DNA of 64,000 bases. It comes from Zancudomyces culisetae HAW-14-8 (taxonomy: Eukaryota; Fungi; Kickxellomycota). The stretch spans positions 868,001-932,000 of the forward strand of contig JBNJNM010000013.1 in assembly GCA_052426225.1 (NCBI GenBank), written 5' to 3'. The notes below the pieces were generated by a model. The model saw nothing but the letters and a program-made list of their open reading frames with translations, was not told the origin of the DNA and made no database searches. A program made the translations under genes and the position numbers. Shown here piece after piece: positions 34,901 through 45,827 of this stretch. Every line of letters starts with the position of its first letter. The stretch's first letter is position 1.

Positions 34901-35970
34901 TGAATCTTTGCTATCCACTCCGCAAATTCCATAGCATTAGGAATTGTGGCTGATAGAAACACGTACCGCACACTATCTGGCAGCAAAATAATTGTTTCTT
35001 CCCAAACCACTCCTCGCTCCTTATCTCGCATATAATGGATTTCATCAAATACCACCCATGAAACTTCCCGCATAATTTCACTGCCTCGGTACAACATACT
35101 CCTCAGAATCTCCGTCGTCATTACTAGACAACTGGCATTGGGTGAAATTGTTACATCGCCTGTCATTAACCCAACATCCCCAAACTCCTCCAAAAACTCC
35201 CGGTACTTTTGATTGGACAGCGCCTTTATTGGCGATGTATAAATCACCCGTTGTTTATTCCGCAGTGCCTCTGCTATCGCATATTCCGCCACTACTGTCT
35301 TTCCTGCAGATGTATGTGCTGCTACTAGCACGGATTCGTTGCGCTCAATACACATAACCGAGGCCTCTTGAAAGGGATCTAGCTGGAATTCATATTTTCG
35401 TGCTGGATTTTCGGGTCTCACGTGCTTGCTCAATGGTATGTAAATGTAGCCCTTTGGAATTGCCACTTGATGTCGTACTGTGTGGACTAAATGAACTTTG
35501 CCAGATTCATCAGCTGCACTTGTGTCCAATCCAGCTTGTTCCACTTGTCGCTCCATACCTGTCTCAAAAGTATCTAGTACAACTGCCTTTTCTTTACTCA
35601 ATACCTTTTCATATTTTTCTTGTTCTTGTTCTTGTTCTTGTTCTTGTTCTTGTTCTTGTTCTTGATTTTGTGATTTTGATTTGGATAAATTGGAATTTTC
35701 ATCTACAATAGTCGAGTTACTCTCGGATTTATCAGTAGGTTTGTTTTCAATTGGACAATCAAGTTTTTCACCAAGTTCCTCGTCTGTAGTTTTGAGTTTT
35801 TTAGAATTAGAATTAGAATTAGAATTTGTTGTTGTTGTTGTTGTTGTAGAATCATATTGTCGTTTTTCCGATTTTTTGTTTATAGATTCCTTTTCAACTA
35901 TTTGTTCATGTTCTTCTTCTTCTTCACTAACATCTTGGTTGAATACATCAAAGATTTTATCTATATCCAT
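31996..35970 (-). CDS. MTR4: ATP-dependent RNA helicase Mtr4/Dob1
   Basis: AHTSAGKT, FDEIHYMRD, QMSGRAGRRG, C-terminal IKRDIVFAASLYL. Single exon with low-complexity inserts. Confidence 0.97.
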   Translation of the reverse strand: MDIDKIFDVFNQDVSEEEEEHEQIVEKESINKKSEKRQYDSTTTTTTTNSNSNSNSKKLKTTDEELGEKLDCPIENKPTDKSESNSTIVDENSNLSKSKSQNQEQEQEQEQEQEQEQEKYEKVLSKEKAVVLDTFETGMERQVEQAGLDTSAADESGKVHLVHTVRHQVAIPKGYIYIPLSKHVRPENPARKYEFQLDPFQEASVMCIERNESVLVAAHTSAGKTVVAEYAIAEALRNKQRVIYTSPIKALSNQKYREFLEEFGDVGLMTGDVTISPNASCLVMTTEILRSMLYRGSEIMREVSWVVFDEIHYMRDKERGVVWEETIILLPDSVRYVFLSATIPNAMEFAEWIAKIHKQPCHVVYTDFRPTPLQHYLFPAGGDGIHLVVDEKGVFREENFKRAIGSLADGNASSSQANNSVIQGNRGGGGGGGGRGGRKGPGSNQDIYKIVKMIMSREYHPVIVFCFSKRECELLAMEISKLDFNDTKERELIEQVFNNAISSLTPEDRNLPQIENILPLLKRGIGIHHGGLLPILKEVIEILFQEGLLKCLFATETFSIGLNMPARTVVFTSVRKYDGKQFRWVSGGEYIQMSGRAGRRGIDDRGIVVLMVDEKMEPTVAMGMVKGNTDILNSAFHLSYNMILNLMRVETFTPEFMLERSFFQYQALERLPQLEDRIQATKSQISNVEKDLETLILDSNFDFTMGGGNSSVGELEIKKYYELRKKLEELKSNVRDIVMHPTNCLPYLQPGRLAKVELEIDEVDVGVGVAGNDNENDNGNGNGNGDLGVNLNLNVNSTITKRKIDYGWGIIVGYQKIKKQQKVGNDNNSSSSAVKSSSDEILEPENIIVDVLLYCKKSTPDTTIVNGTLTDPTSNKLDSRNRNKHRFSHSNPNNNNNSSGGIDNNRIREMITPCDLLTDINNNNNNNNKKDSNKDDSKSIGEAIVVPVMLKAIQSLSSVRMFLPKSLIHKSERAEMKNKLAEALKRFGEKSISSSSSSTSLTTLTTTTDKTTGGLPLLDPVENMNIKDPGFLDLLTKIALLEEKLFSHEIYNNSDTIDEPKLLNLYDHKQQLIQSLKHLDALVNSSTSILQLDELKNRKKLLRKLGYINDMDVILLKGRVACEITCADELLLTELILHGVFNDLNVDLLVALLSGFVFQEKVSSNESSGGNKSGGNANGNTNGSQISKVVNELESHIKRIYEYAILINTTSIEYKLSSSSSSTNPTNTATNDISKPDFVKENHYRTEMIDVTYAWSTGAKFSQVCKMTAIYEGSIIRALRRLEELLRQLINAAKVIGNNDLEVKFGLAISKIKRDIVFAASLYL

Positions 35971-36234
35971 TTTCGTCTTTTATGTACGTTTTCAGTTTGG
36001 TTTTCGTTTTGGTTTTAGTTTTAGTTTAGATTGTCTTTTATATTTTATATATATCTGACTAAAACAAAAAAAAAATTTTTAAAATATAACGGATTTATAT
36101 ATTAATATATAAAAATAGAATAAACAATCAAGTAAAATTAAATAAAGTGAAGTAGAATCAAAGTAAAACAAAAAACAAAAAAAAAAATTTTTTTTTGAAA
36201 TAAATTAATTTAATTTAATTTGATTTAATTTAAT

Positions 36235-39200
36235 TTAATCAGATTTCAATTTACTTGGATCACCTCCAAGTGAATCAGGATGATGGGATAAAAAATACTT
36301 GGTTGGACAATGAGCAGTTCCAGTCTCAATATAATTTCTAGTAACAAACTTGAGTATCTCATCAATAAAAATGACAGGCAAACTCAACAATACCACAGCA
36401 ACCCACTGATCAAAACTCAATGCAGTAACCATAAACACTGGCTGGAACATTGGAAGATACACAATAGCAAAATGCAATAACATGGACAAAGCAATTGCGC
36501 CAACCAGATACATATTTGAGAATATAGGCAAGGTCAGCAATGACTCGTTTTCAGACAAACTGTTGGCAGCATTAAACATCTCAATCACCACCAGCACACT
36601 AAGAGACATTGTGGATGCAATGGTAGCATGGAAATTGGTGTAAATAGAACAGTCGGCAACGACGTCACGTGAGCTGCAGGAATGGAAATGCGACAACTCA
36701 TAAAACGAGACCTGAGGACCAGAAGGATCATACAGATAGTAGTAGATATACGCAAAGACAGTGGCAAAACCAACATAAAAGCCAACAATCAGATAGCGGG
36801 TCAACAGCCAATTGGAGACCAGGGGCTCTCGAGAGTTGCGAGGAGGGCGACGCATAGCAAGATGGTCCAGAGGATTGAAACCCAAGGCAGTGGCAGGCAA
36901 TCCGTCAGTAACCAAATTGACCCACAACAACTGGACTGGCGCAAGAGCTTCTGGCAAATTCAACAGAACTGTAAGGAAAATCGAAACGACTTCTCCAATG
37001 TTTGAAGAAATCAAATACCGAATAAACTGTTTTGTGTTGTTGTAAATAGCTCGTCCCTCCGACACTGCCATTGCTATTGTCGCAAAGTTGTCGTCCGCCA
37101 ACACCATGTCGCTAGCCATCTTTGCTACATCTGTTCCACTTCCCATCGCTATTCCTATATTCGATTTTTTAAGCGCTGGTGCATCATTCACTCCATCTCC
37201 TGTCATTGCCACTATATGCCCCAACTCTTGCAACAACTCCACCAACAACTGCTTATGTGCTGGCTCTGTCCGGCTAAACAGTCGCGCTGTTTGCACAACG
37301 CTAAGCTGCTCACTTCTACTTAGTTTCTCCAATTGCCGTCCTGTATATGACATTTTACTCATATCCTCCTCACTATTATCAAACACTCCAATCGCTCGAC
37401 ATATGCTTTCCGCTGTCTTGGGATTGTCTCCTGTAATCACTATCACTCGAATCCCTGCTGCATAACACTCCTCCACTGCTGCCCTCACCTCTGGCCTTGG
37501 TGGATCTCGCATTGCCACCAACCCTATAAACACCATCTCTTGTTCAAGCTCTGCGCCTTCTTTGCTGTCACTAACCAAATTATCCACCACTGCTAATCCC
37601 AATGTTCTCAACGACCGCTCATTTCCATACTCCTCCACCTTTTCATTAATCCTTTTACGTTGCATCTCTGTCATCTCTACTGTACTACTTTGATTTCCAC
37701 TATCGTTCTGTCGAATATATTTACATCGCTCCAATATACTCTCTGGTGCTCCCTTCACCAACAGCTGTTTTCTCCCATTCTTATCCACTACCACTACCGA
37801 CATTGACTTGCGACTACGTGTGAATTCATGTACTGCCACTCTTTTGTACTCCTTGAAATACCATTCTGAACACGCACTGACTCGTTTTCCTCGCTCCATC
37901 TCCTTCAACTTATCATTAAATTCTATTGACCTTGTTCCCAATTTCTCTGCCAACGTCTTTAATGCTGCTTCTGTTGGCTCTCCCATTCTTTTCAACACCA
38001 AGTTATCCTTTTCTCCTCTATTACCCATATTCATGTTCATATTCATATTCTCATTTTCCTCCTCCTTTTCATACACTAGTTTCGCCATGTTACATAGTGT
38101 TGATACTTTTGACACTTCCTCAATCACCCGATTGCTATCCGCAGGTGTCTCCTCCTCAACGCTTCCTCCCTCTACCAATATTTTTCCTTCCGCCTCATAC
38201 GATGTACCTGTCAACTGTAACTCTTCAAATCCTCCTTTACTATTGCTCGTCAACACGTATTCCACCGACATCATATTCGTTGTCAGTGTTCCCGTCTTGT
38301 CTGAACAAATCACACTAGTGCATCCCAATGTCTCTACACTAGGAAGTGTTCGAACTATTGCGTTCTTCTTTGCCATCTTTTGTGTTCCCAATGCAAGACA
38401 CGTCGTAATTACCACTGATAATCCCTCAGGAATTGCCGCTACCGCCAATGCCACTGCTATCTTGAAATAGTATACTGCTCCTCTCATCCACCCATGATGC
38501 GACTCTTCTCCAAAATGTCTAATATTAATTACCCACACCAGTATACATATTATCGTAATTATCTTGGCCAACATGTCTCCAAAATCATCCAATTTACGCT
38601 CTAATGGTGTCTGTTCCTGTTCCACTTTTGCCATCGATTCATGAATGTTCCCCAACGCTGTATCCAACCCTGTTTGGCACACCACACATGTTGCCCGCCC
38701 ATTCACCACTGTTGTACCTGCAAATATCATGTTTTTCTGCTCTTGCAGCACTGCATTCTTAATGTCCACTGCTTCTGTAGTCTTATATACACTATCCGAC
38801 TCTCCTGTCAAAATTGATTGCTCTATTCTAAGCATAGATGTCTCTATGTCCAATACCCGACAATCTGCTGGAACTTTATCTCCAACACTCAATTTTACTA
38901 TATCTCCAGGAACTAGCTCTACCGCATTGATTTTCTTTTCCTCTCCTTCTTCTCCATTTTCTCCTGCTCTCACCACAACTGCCTCATCTGGTGAATACTC
39001 CAACAACGATTCGATTGCATGTTCCGCATTGTTCTCTTGAACCACTCCTATCGTAGCATTCGCAATCAAAATCAACAAGATCACTATTGGCTCCACAAAC
39101 GCTGTTATCGACAAGTGTTCCTCTTCAAAAAACGCCAATACAAACGATATCACCGCCGCAATCAACAATATCACCACCAACTTGTCCTGGAACTGCTCCC

Positions 39201-39360
39201 AGATCTTTTCTAGCAACGAACTACCTTGCTCCCGTGGCAACTCATTTTTCCCATACTTTTTCTGTCGTGTCTCTACTTGCTCTGCTGTCAATCCCTTTTC
39301 TATCTCCACCTTGAAAACCTCCAACACCTTTTCTTTTTCTAGTAAATATAACTCTGCCAT
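36235..39360 (-). CDS. SERCA-type (P2A) Ca2+-ATPase
   Basis: TGES, AAIPEGL, CSDKTGTLT, KGAPE, TGDGVND. Both Ca-site ligand sets present (SSNIGE, NLVTD, VIEM). C-terminal KxKxx (KLKSD). Confidence 0.95.
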   Translation of the reverse strand: MAELYLLEKEKVLEVFKVEIEKGLTAEQVETRQKKYGKNELPREQGSSLLEKIWEQFQDKLVVILLIAAVISFVLAFFEEEHLSITAFVEPIVILLILIANATIGVVQENNAEHAIESLLEYSPDEAVVVRAGENGEEGEEKKINAVELVPGDIVKLSVGDKVPADCRVLDIETSMLRIEQSILTGESDSVYKTTEAVDIKNAVLQEQKNMIFAGTTVVNGRATCVVCQTGLDTALGNIHESMAKVEQEQTPLERKLDDFGDMLAKIITIICILVWVINIRHFGEESHHGWMRGAVYYFKIAVALAVAAIPEGLSVVITTCLALGTQKMAKKNAIVRTLPSVETLGCTSVICSDKTGTLTTNMMSVEYVLTSNSKGGFEELQLTGTSYEAEGKILVEGGSVEEETPADSNRVIEEVSKVSTLCNMAKLVYEKEEENENMNMNMNMGNRGEKDNLVLKRMGEPTEAALKTLAEKLGTRSIEFNDKLKEMERGKRVSACSEWYFKEYKRVAVHEFTRSRKSMSVVVVDKNGRKQLLVKGAPESILERCKYIRQNDSGNQSSTVEMTEMQRKRINEKVEEYGNERSLRTLGLAVVDNLVSDSKEGAELEQEMVFIGLVAMRDPPRPEVRAAVEECYAAGIRVIVITGDNPKTAESICRAIGVFDNSEEDMSKMSYTGRQLEKLSRSEQLSVVQTARLFSRTEPAHKQLLVELLQELGHIVAMTGDGVNDAPALKKSNIGIAMGSGTDVAKMASDMVLADDNFATIAMAVSEGRAIYNNTKQFIRYLISSNIGEVVSIFLTVLLNLPEALAPVQLLWVNLVTDGLPATALGFNPLDHLAMRRPPRNSREPLVSNWLLTRYLIVGFYVGFATVFAYIYYYLYDPSGPQVSFYELSHFHSCSSRDVVADCSIYTNFHATIASTMSLSVLVVIEMFNAANSLSENESLLTLPIFSNMYLVGAIALSMLLHFAIVYLPMFQPVFMVTALSFDQWVAVVLLSLPVIFIDEILKFVTRNYIETGTAHCPTKYFLSHHPDSLGGDPSKLKSD

Positions 39361-41003
39361 CTCCTCTTTTCTTTCTTTCTTTCTTTTTTTTGTATACTTG
39401 TATGTATATATATACCGTATTCTCTTGCTATTTCTCCTTTTTACTCTTATCTGCGTATTCCAATACGTACAATGTATACAACCCGTCCCTTATTTTTTTT
39501 TTTCGTATTTATTTATACTCTTTTTTATTACGAATACTTTTCTTAAAATAAACAATTCATGGATTCTCCAGGTATCTTTTTATTCTACTTTATTCCTCTT
39601 TATTTTATTTTATTTTATTGTTTTCTGTCCATCTCCTCTCCACTCCTTGACCACGTTTAATTTTTTTTTTTTCTTGCTTGCTATTTCTCCATGATTTCTA
39701 TCCTATGACTCTAATCATTTCTTTTTGTTTTCTTTTATATTTTAATTGGATTCTTTTAATTCATTTACTCGTTTTTTCATTAGCTTGAAAATTTTGTTTT
39801 GGTTTATTTTTCAACCTCTAAATCTATTTTATTTTGTATTATTTTATTTTACATTACATTAGTGAATAGTGTTATTTTTCAAGTTGTTTTAAAGCAGAAT
39901 ATAATAATTAAAAAAAATTTTCTATCCTTTTGCTTATTCATTAATTGTTTTTTATTTGTTTTAGAATTGTTTATTGGTATAAAATATAATACATTTAAAT
40001 GTTACGCAATCTCAATTTCAATTTCAGGTTCAGGTTCAGGTTCAAAAAGATTAACCTAATTGTTTATTTTTTATTCAAGTAATAATTTCCACGCTCCTAT
40101 TTTTGATTTATTTTTCAACCCATTTCTGATTATTAAGGGATTTGTGTATTTATTTATTTTTCTCAGAGTCTTGGCTCATTCATTTCGTCACCTTCTCTCC
40201 TACCCCCCCAGCATACTCACCCCCGTTCTCCAACTACTCACTAAGATTTGAATTACGTTTGTTTTTTTTTTTTGTAGCCAAAGGCTTTTTATATTTTTCC
40301 ATACCTTTCCAACACTTACTATCAAACTACTCATTATTATTCATCACATTTATTCAATCTATTCACCAAGTTAACCTTTTAAAATTCATCTTCAAAGCTC
40401 ACATACCTGCCACCATCACTAATTTACAATACATCAGTTGAGAAAACCTTTCTCATTAATTTCAAAATGATCACCACATCATCTTCATACACTCACTCAC
40501 TCACTCACACTATCTCTCCTTCCCTTCACTCCTTTCCTCCTCCCACCCATTTCCCTCAAGGGGCATCATTGAAAATTAAACTCATTTCTGATACAATACT
40601 TGGAAAATCCACTCATTGGCATTACCTGCCAAGTTATACCAATAAAAAATATATATACCTACTTCCTTCCACAACCTTGGATATTCTTTATAACTTTTAT
40701 AACTTTTTACAATAAATGTTTCACTTAAAAGATTAAAATCATACAGTTACTAATACTTATTCATTTATAACTAGAAAAAAAACAAAAACATCAAGCCAAA
40801 ACTTTATTTTTTGAGCATTAATTCAAAACCGATGTGTTTTTTAGATTAAAAAAATAGAAAATAGAAAAAAGAAAAGACTGGAATCCACCCTGAAATAGCA
40901 ATAAAAGTCTTATTCTTATTAAACACATCAAACACAAAAGTACAAGTCAGGTTCTTTGCCATCAACTCTAAATCTTTGATACTTTTAAAACTCTAAACGA
41001 AAA

Positions 41004-41080
41004 AATAAAATAAAATAAAATAAAATATAATAAAATAAAATAAAATATAATAAAATAAAATATAATATATATAATATAAC
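41004..41080. repeat. (TAAAA)n / AT-only tract
   Basis: Visible directly in the sequence. Confidence 0.85.
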
Positions 41081-42203
41081 AAAAAAAAAGAAACGTGATT
41101 TTATTATTACTTTTTGTGAGAAATAACAATAACTTTTATTTTTTCTTTCTTGGTTCCACAACAATCGCTCTTAAATACATTTGACCATTTTTCCAGATTT
41201 GTAAAGACGCATATCCAAAGTTAATGATTGGTAATAACTGACTATACATTAGGATCAATCTTTTGCTCTACTTTACTTTGCATTTTGTCATCATTTATTC
41301 TAGTATAATGATACTATCTTCATCTGTTACTTTTTTATTTATTTTCTTTTTCTGAATCTTTGTCCAAATTATTCATTCAGTATCTCATCTTCATCTCATT
41401 CTCCCAGTTTAATATGATTATGAAAAAAAAGGGGGAGGGGAGTTTTGCAACTGAACGAACTTGGATTACTTACAACAGATCAATTCAGTAAATATTCTTT
41501 TTTCGGGGTCCCATCCTGGATCCCTAATTAAGTTTGATGTCGCATAGTAGTATGTAAGCTATTTAGCTTAAACAATTTTAAAACACGCATCGGCATCAGT
41601 ATCAGCATCTTGCACACTATTAAGGTATATGGTATGATTCTTATCCACCAATTTTGTTACTATTATGATTTTGTAGTATTTTATTGTCAAAGATACGTTC
41701 ACAATGACTCGTATGTTCCTATACTTTTGGATATATTATCTTGATAAATAGAAAAGATAAATCAGCCAAATTTCGCTAATATACACCACCTTGTGATTAG
41801 CAATCCCTAATAAAGCAATATCGGATTCCACACCAATCGTAGAGCGATTGTAGGTTCAAGACCGAACGTTGTGTTAACTTTGAGTTATCTATAGATGTGT
41901 ACTACAACAACCTAGGGAATAATAAAGCTAAATAGATAGTAATTTATTCTAGTGTTTTTGTTCCCTAGGTTATAGTTATTCATGATTTTAATGAACTTTA
42001 GTTTTTTTTCAATAATATGATAAATACAGGACAGGCGAAACTATACCAGTACAATAGTATAAAAAAAGGGATACCACCGTGATAAGTTTGATGGGTGTAG
42101 AGTTATGAGTATGACAAGGCAGGAAATGGTAGGGTGATTGTGATTTAGATTTTTTTTTCCATTCCAAGTGCATACCCCAAACTTGGCATCAAATACTAGG
42201 AAG

Positions 42204-44591
42204 CTAACCGTCACCCATAGAACTGATTGCTGCGTTAAACCCAACGTGTGTGTTGTCTTTGTTGATAAATTCACATTTCGAAGTGGTATCACACCTTTGT
42301 GCCTGTTCTATAGGGTTGTATAATAGCTCAGTAAAATCAAACCCTGAAACATAATCCTTATGCTTAGATATGGGGAAATTTTGGTCAAATGTTGGAGACT
42401 GGGTTTTAGACATCTCTTTGTAATTCGCGCTCAAAATAGAATGATAAACACGTTCAAGCATCTTTTTGCACTGCTCAAGCAATGCGGTGTTTTGAAGAGA
42501 TGTATAACGATTAACAACCTTTACAAAAAATTTTCTAGGATCATCATCCAGGCTTGGGTTGTTATTAATATGAATTTCATGATTCTGTGGCTGTTTCTTT
42601 GATATACCGAGGTCCCCCAATATCAAATTGAGTTTTTCTGCCTCCTTGATAGCTGGTTTCAAATCGATTGCCATTATAATTTGTTTTCCATCACTTTCAT
42701 TATCCAAAGGCAATAAAAACTCGCCATTTTTACTCAGACTCTCTTTTGTAAAAATTCGACTTAGTAGGAATGGTTCATGAATCTTGGAGGAAAGAGTGTT
42801 GAAGCAGCACTCTTGTTTGTAATAGTTGCTTCCATTTGGAACTAGCCACGGATTGTAGTCATATGATGAAAGCATCATCTTTTTAAAGTTCTCGGGGATG
42901 TTTTTAAACTTGGAATTCGCCTTATCATAGCTTTTTTTAAGATCAGATATATTGTTAGCCAAATAAAAATACGTCTTTGCTAGTGGGGTTGTTGCTTTAA
43001 GCTGCTCAAAATATTCGATTATTACTTTTTTGCCATTTACAATTGCATTGTGTCTACTCAGGTTCCTGATATACTCTAGATTTGTGAGGTGCCTGAAAAC
43101 CTGAGAGGTCAAATAGTTTAACTCTATATCAAACTTTTCTATTGGAAACGTTGACAGTAGCCAGTAAAACACCTCTATAAAGTAGATAGTATTGTTGATT
43201 AATATAACTTTGGCAGCTTTTACTCTCTCTGGTGGAATATCCACATTCTCATAGTAAGCTACTTCTGACGCATTCAAATGAAGATTGGTCACACAGATAT
43301 TCAACATCAATGTACAGTATCTTAGTATAAAGTACTCAATGTTCATTGCGTTTACTATGCCTGGATTGCGTACTGAAAACGCCAATATATTTTCCAGTTC
43401 ATTATGAAACCTCGTTACCACCATTCTCTGAAACTCTATAATATTTGTAAAAAATTTCAGGTAGCGTCGATAATCTAGTTTCATATCCTTTGCTATTGTA
43501 ATTTCTCTCCGGTTGATAAACGTTACAATTCCGTATCTTATTTTATTTAGCATCACATATGAACCAAATGTATCAAACTTGAATTCCCCTTGGTTGTTTA
43601 GAATTACACCACCATTATATACCGCTTTGGAGTTTGACGATACAAAACTGGTATTACAATGCCATAGACGATCATTGCTCGGTAGGTTTACAAAAATGTC
43701 TTTGAGCTGTATAGCTGGCAGCAGTGTCAAACCCTCAGATACCAACATGCAATAAATGTATATAGACCACCAAAGACGTCTTCCAAGTTCCTTTTCTACT
43801 ATTGAATATTTACCCTCTTTTTCAGATATGCTGACGGAATGTGCATCCACCATATGCAATTTCATTGAAATGGCCAGCTTTGTTGCCAAATGGAAATATT
43901 TTGTGCATTGCGATGCAAGTCCAGTGACGGAATAATATCTACTTAGCACCTGCATTGTCCATATACCCAAACAATCTGGATGAATAAATATGTTTTTCAT
44001 GTATTCGGTGGTATAGTTCAATGCTCGTTTACGCCTCTCTTCAGTAAATACTTTAAAAAAATTGTCATCTTTTAATACAGTTGATCCCATCAGCAAAAGA
44101 GTACAAACCACGTACTTTGGCACTTGAAAAGTCTTTATGTTTTGTATAAACTGGGGAATTCTTACAACATTTGTAAGCGAAGGATAGCGATACATAAACA
44201 TGTACATTAGCTCATCTATCACATCTCGTAGGAGTCTTGATAACTCTATATCCTCCGCATCCCTACCAATTATATTCTGAATGTTCACATCAACGATACA
44301 GGCATCTGTCATCAAATTCTTTATTTCATGCCTTATACCATGATTGGAGCTTTCATTGGCTGTGGTTTTCATTTTTTTGCTCTGTTTTTTCAATTCTTCA
44401 ACTCTTTTTTCTATATCTGCGAGTTTTTCAAACAAAGGCTCATTCACGGGTCTCTTATGCACTTTTCTTTTTTCATTAAGTCTAAACGTTATTATGTATT
44501 TTTTGTAGGTATTGTCAGTATTTGACTTTGCCCTTGTTCGTCTGCTGCCACCACCAGCAGATTCTTCTCTTTCAGAATTTTTTTGAGCCAT
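42204..44591 (-). CDS. Fungal-specific transcription factor (middle homology domain) protein, no Zn2Cys6 cluster visible
   Basis: 795-aa ORF containing LATKLAISMKLH...EKELGRRLWWSIYIY...VNLPSNDRLW, typical of the Fungal_trans domain. N-terminal basic segment and coiled coil. Confidence 0.75.
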   Translation of the reverse strand: MAQKNSEREESAGGGSRRTRAKSNTDNTYKKYIITFRLNEKRKVHKRPVNEPLFEKLADIEKRVEELKKQSKKMKTTANESSNHGIRHEIKNLMTDACIVDVNIQNIIGRDAEDIELSRLLRDVIDELMYMFMYRYPSLTNVVRIPQFIQNIKTFQVPKYVVCTLLLMGSTVLKDDNFFKVFTEERRKRALNYTTEYMKNIFIHPDCLGIWTMQVLSRYYSVTGLASQCTKYFHLATKLAISMKLHMVDAHSVSISEKEGKYSIVEKELGRRLWWSIYIYCMLVSEGLTLLPAIQLKDIFVNLPSNDRLWHCNTSFVSSNSKAVYNGGVILNNQGEFKFDTFGSYVMLNKIRYGIVTFINRREITIAKDMKLDYRRYLKFFTNIIEFQRMVVTRFHNELENILAFSVRNPGIVNAMNIEYFILRYCTLMLNICVTNLHLNASEVAYYENVDIPPERVKAAKVILINNTIYFIEVFYWLLSTFPIEKFDIELNYLTSQVFRHLTNLEYIRNLSRHNAIVNGKKVIIEYFEQLKATTPLAKTYFYLANNISDLKKSYDKANSKFKNIPENFKKMMLSSYDYNPWLVPNGSNYYKQECCFNTLSSKIHEPFLLSRIFTKESLSKNGEFLLPLDNESDGKQIIMAIDLKPAIKEAEKLNLILGDLGISKKQPQNHEIHINNNPSLDDDPRKFFVKVVNRYTSLQNTALLEQCKKMLERVYHSILSANYKEMSKTQSPTFDQNFPISKHKDYVSGFDFTELLYNPIEQAQRCDTTSKCEFINKDNTHVGFNAAISSMGDG

Positions 44592-45827
44592 TCTATAAAA
44601 GTAGAGTAGAAATAATCCTGGAATGAGTTGATTGATACGAGATAGTAATAGCTGCCACCCATACTAAGTCCTGTGTTTATATACTACTATTTTTATTTTT
44701 AGGCTCATATCTTTAGTGTTTTGCCCTTTTTGATACTTGGAATATGAAACTCGATCTTTTCACATATCCGTACTTCTGACCAACTCCTTTGATTGATTGA
44801 AAATAGTTGATATTTTGAATTGGGAACAAAAAAACAAACACATATCTTCTAACAAAAACAAAACAGGATCAAAAAAAGATCAAAAAAATATATGAAACTG
44901 AACTCAACTTTGTTATTCCCAACAAACTCAATTCAAAATAATCTCGAATCTATTCAAATCTCAGTTAATATACTGGGGTTTATGTAACATTCATCTAAAG
45001 ATGCCAGTACAACCGAGAAAATTTCCTATGGTAACATAAAAATATACCACTATTAGATGAAAACCACTACCTCATCTTTTCCAAATTAAGCCCAAGCTTC
45101 CAAAACAAAACACTCGCAATATTTTCAATATTCCGTTCATCGGGATGGCTCTAATTAAATATCAGTTGAGTGGGTGTGTACTTACGAGATATTGGTAGAG
45201 TAGTGGAATAGTGTATCAGTATTCTATTGGTTATCTTTCAAATACAAGTTTTCTTTTGAAGGAAGTTAAGGGTGAGTACGTTTATTGGTAACTAAAAGGG
45301 CCAATCGTTATTCCGAGAATGCTAATGATCAAATAAGCACAACCCCTTCATTGATACAACAATTGATCCAGAAGTGGCTGCAGATATAGTTATGTGCTTT
45401 GTTAATAGGCTTATTTATTTGTTGTGTAGAATCCCAGATTCTATCTAGACCTCAACTTGCTTTTTTTTTACTCAAAAATAAACGGATTAATATGAATTTT
45501 TTAATACGTAAATGATATTGAGCAACTAATAGTTAATGATGCACAATTTTGTGCGATTCAAGCTATCACAAATTTGCCAATGCAGTAGCATTAAGTATAT
45601 TGTATTACAATTACAATCTATCTCTTACTTTCTCCTATCCTAACTATTTGTAAAAAAGGCACTATTATTTAATTCTTATTTGCTCAAATACAGCCAGATG
45701 AGCTAAAGTCTAAAAAATTAACGTGACAAAAAGTAACAAGTTATTGTAGCCCAGTATATCTTATATTCGATTCTCATTCACCTCTCCACCTCCTTTTCCT
45801 TCCAATAAGCGCTGAAAATCTAATTTC

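Noticed and set aside
39182-40715. Short F/L/I-rich ORFs upstream of SERCA
   Set aside because: Translations of T-rich intergenic DNA with no motif support.
41821-41870. tRNA suggested by GGTTCAA
   Set aside because: No acceptor stem, D-arm or cloverleaf spacing.
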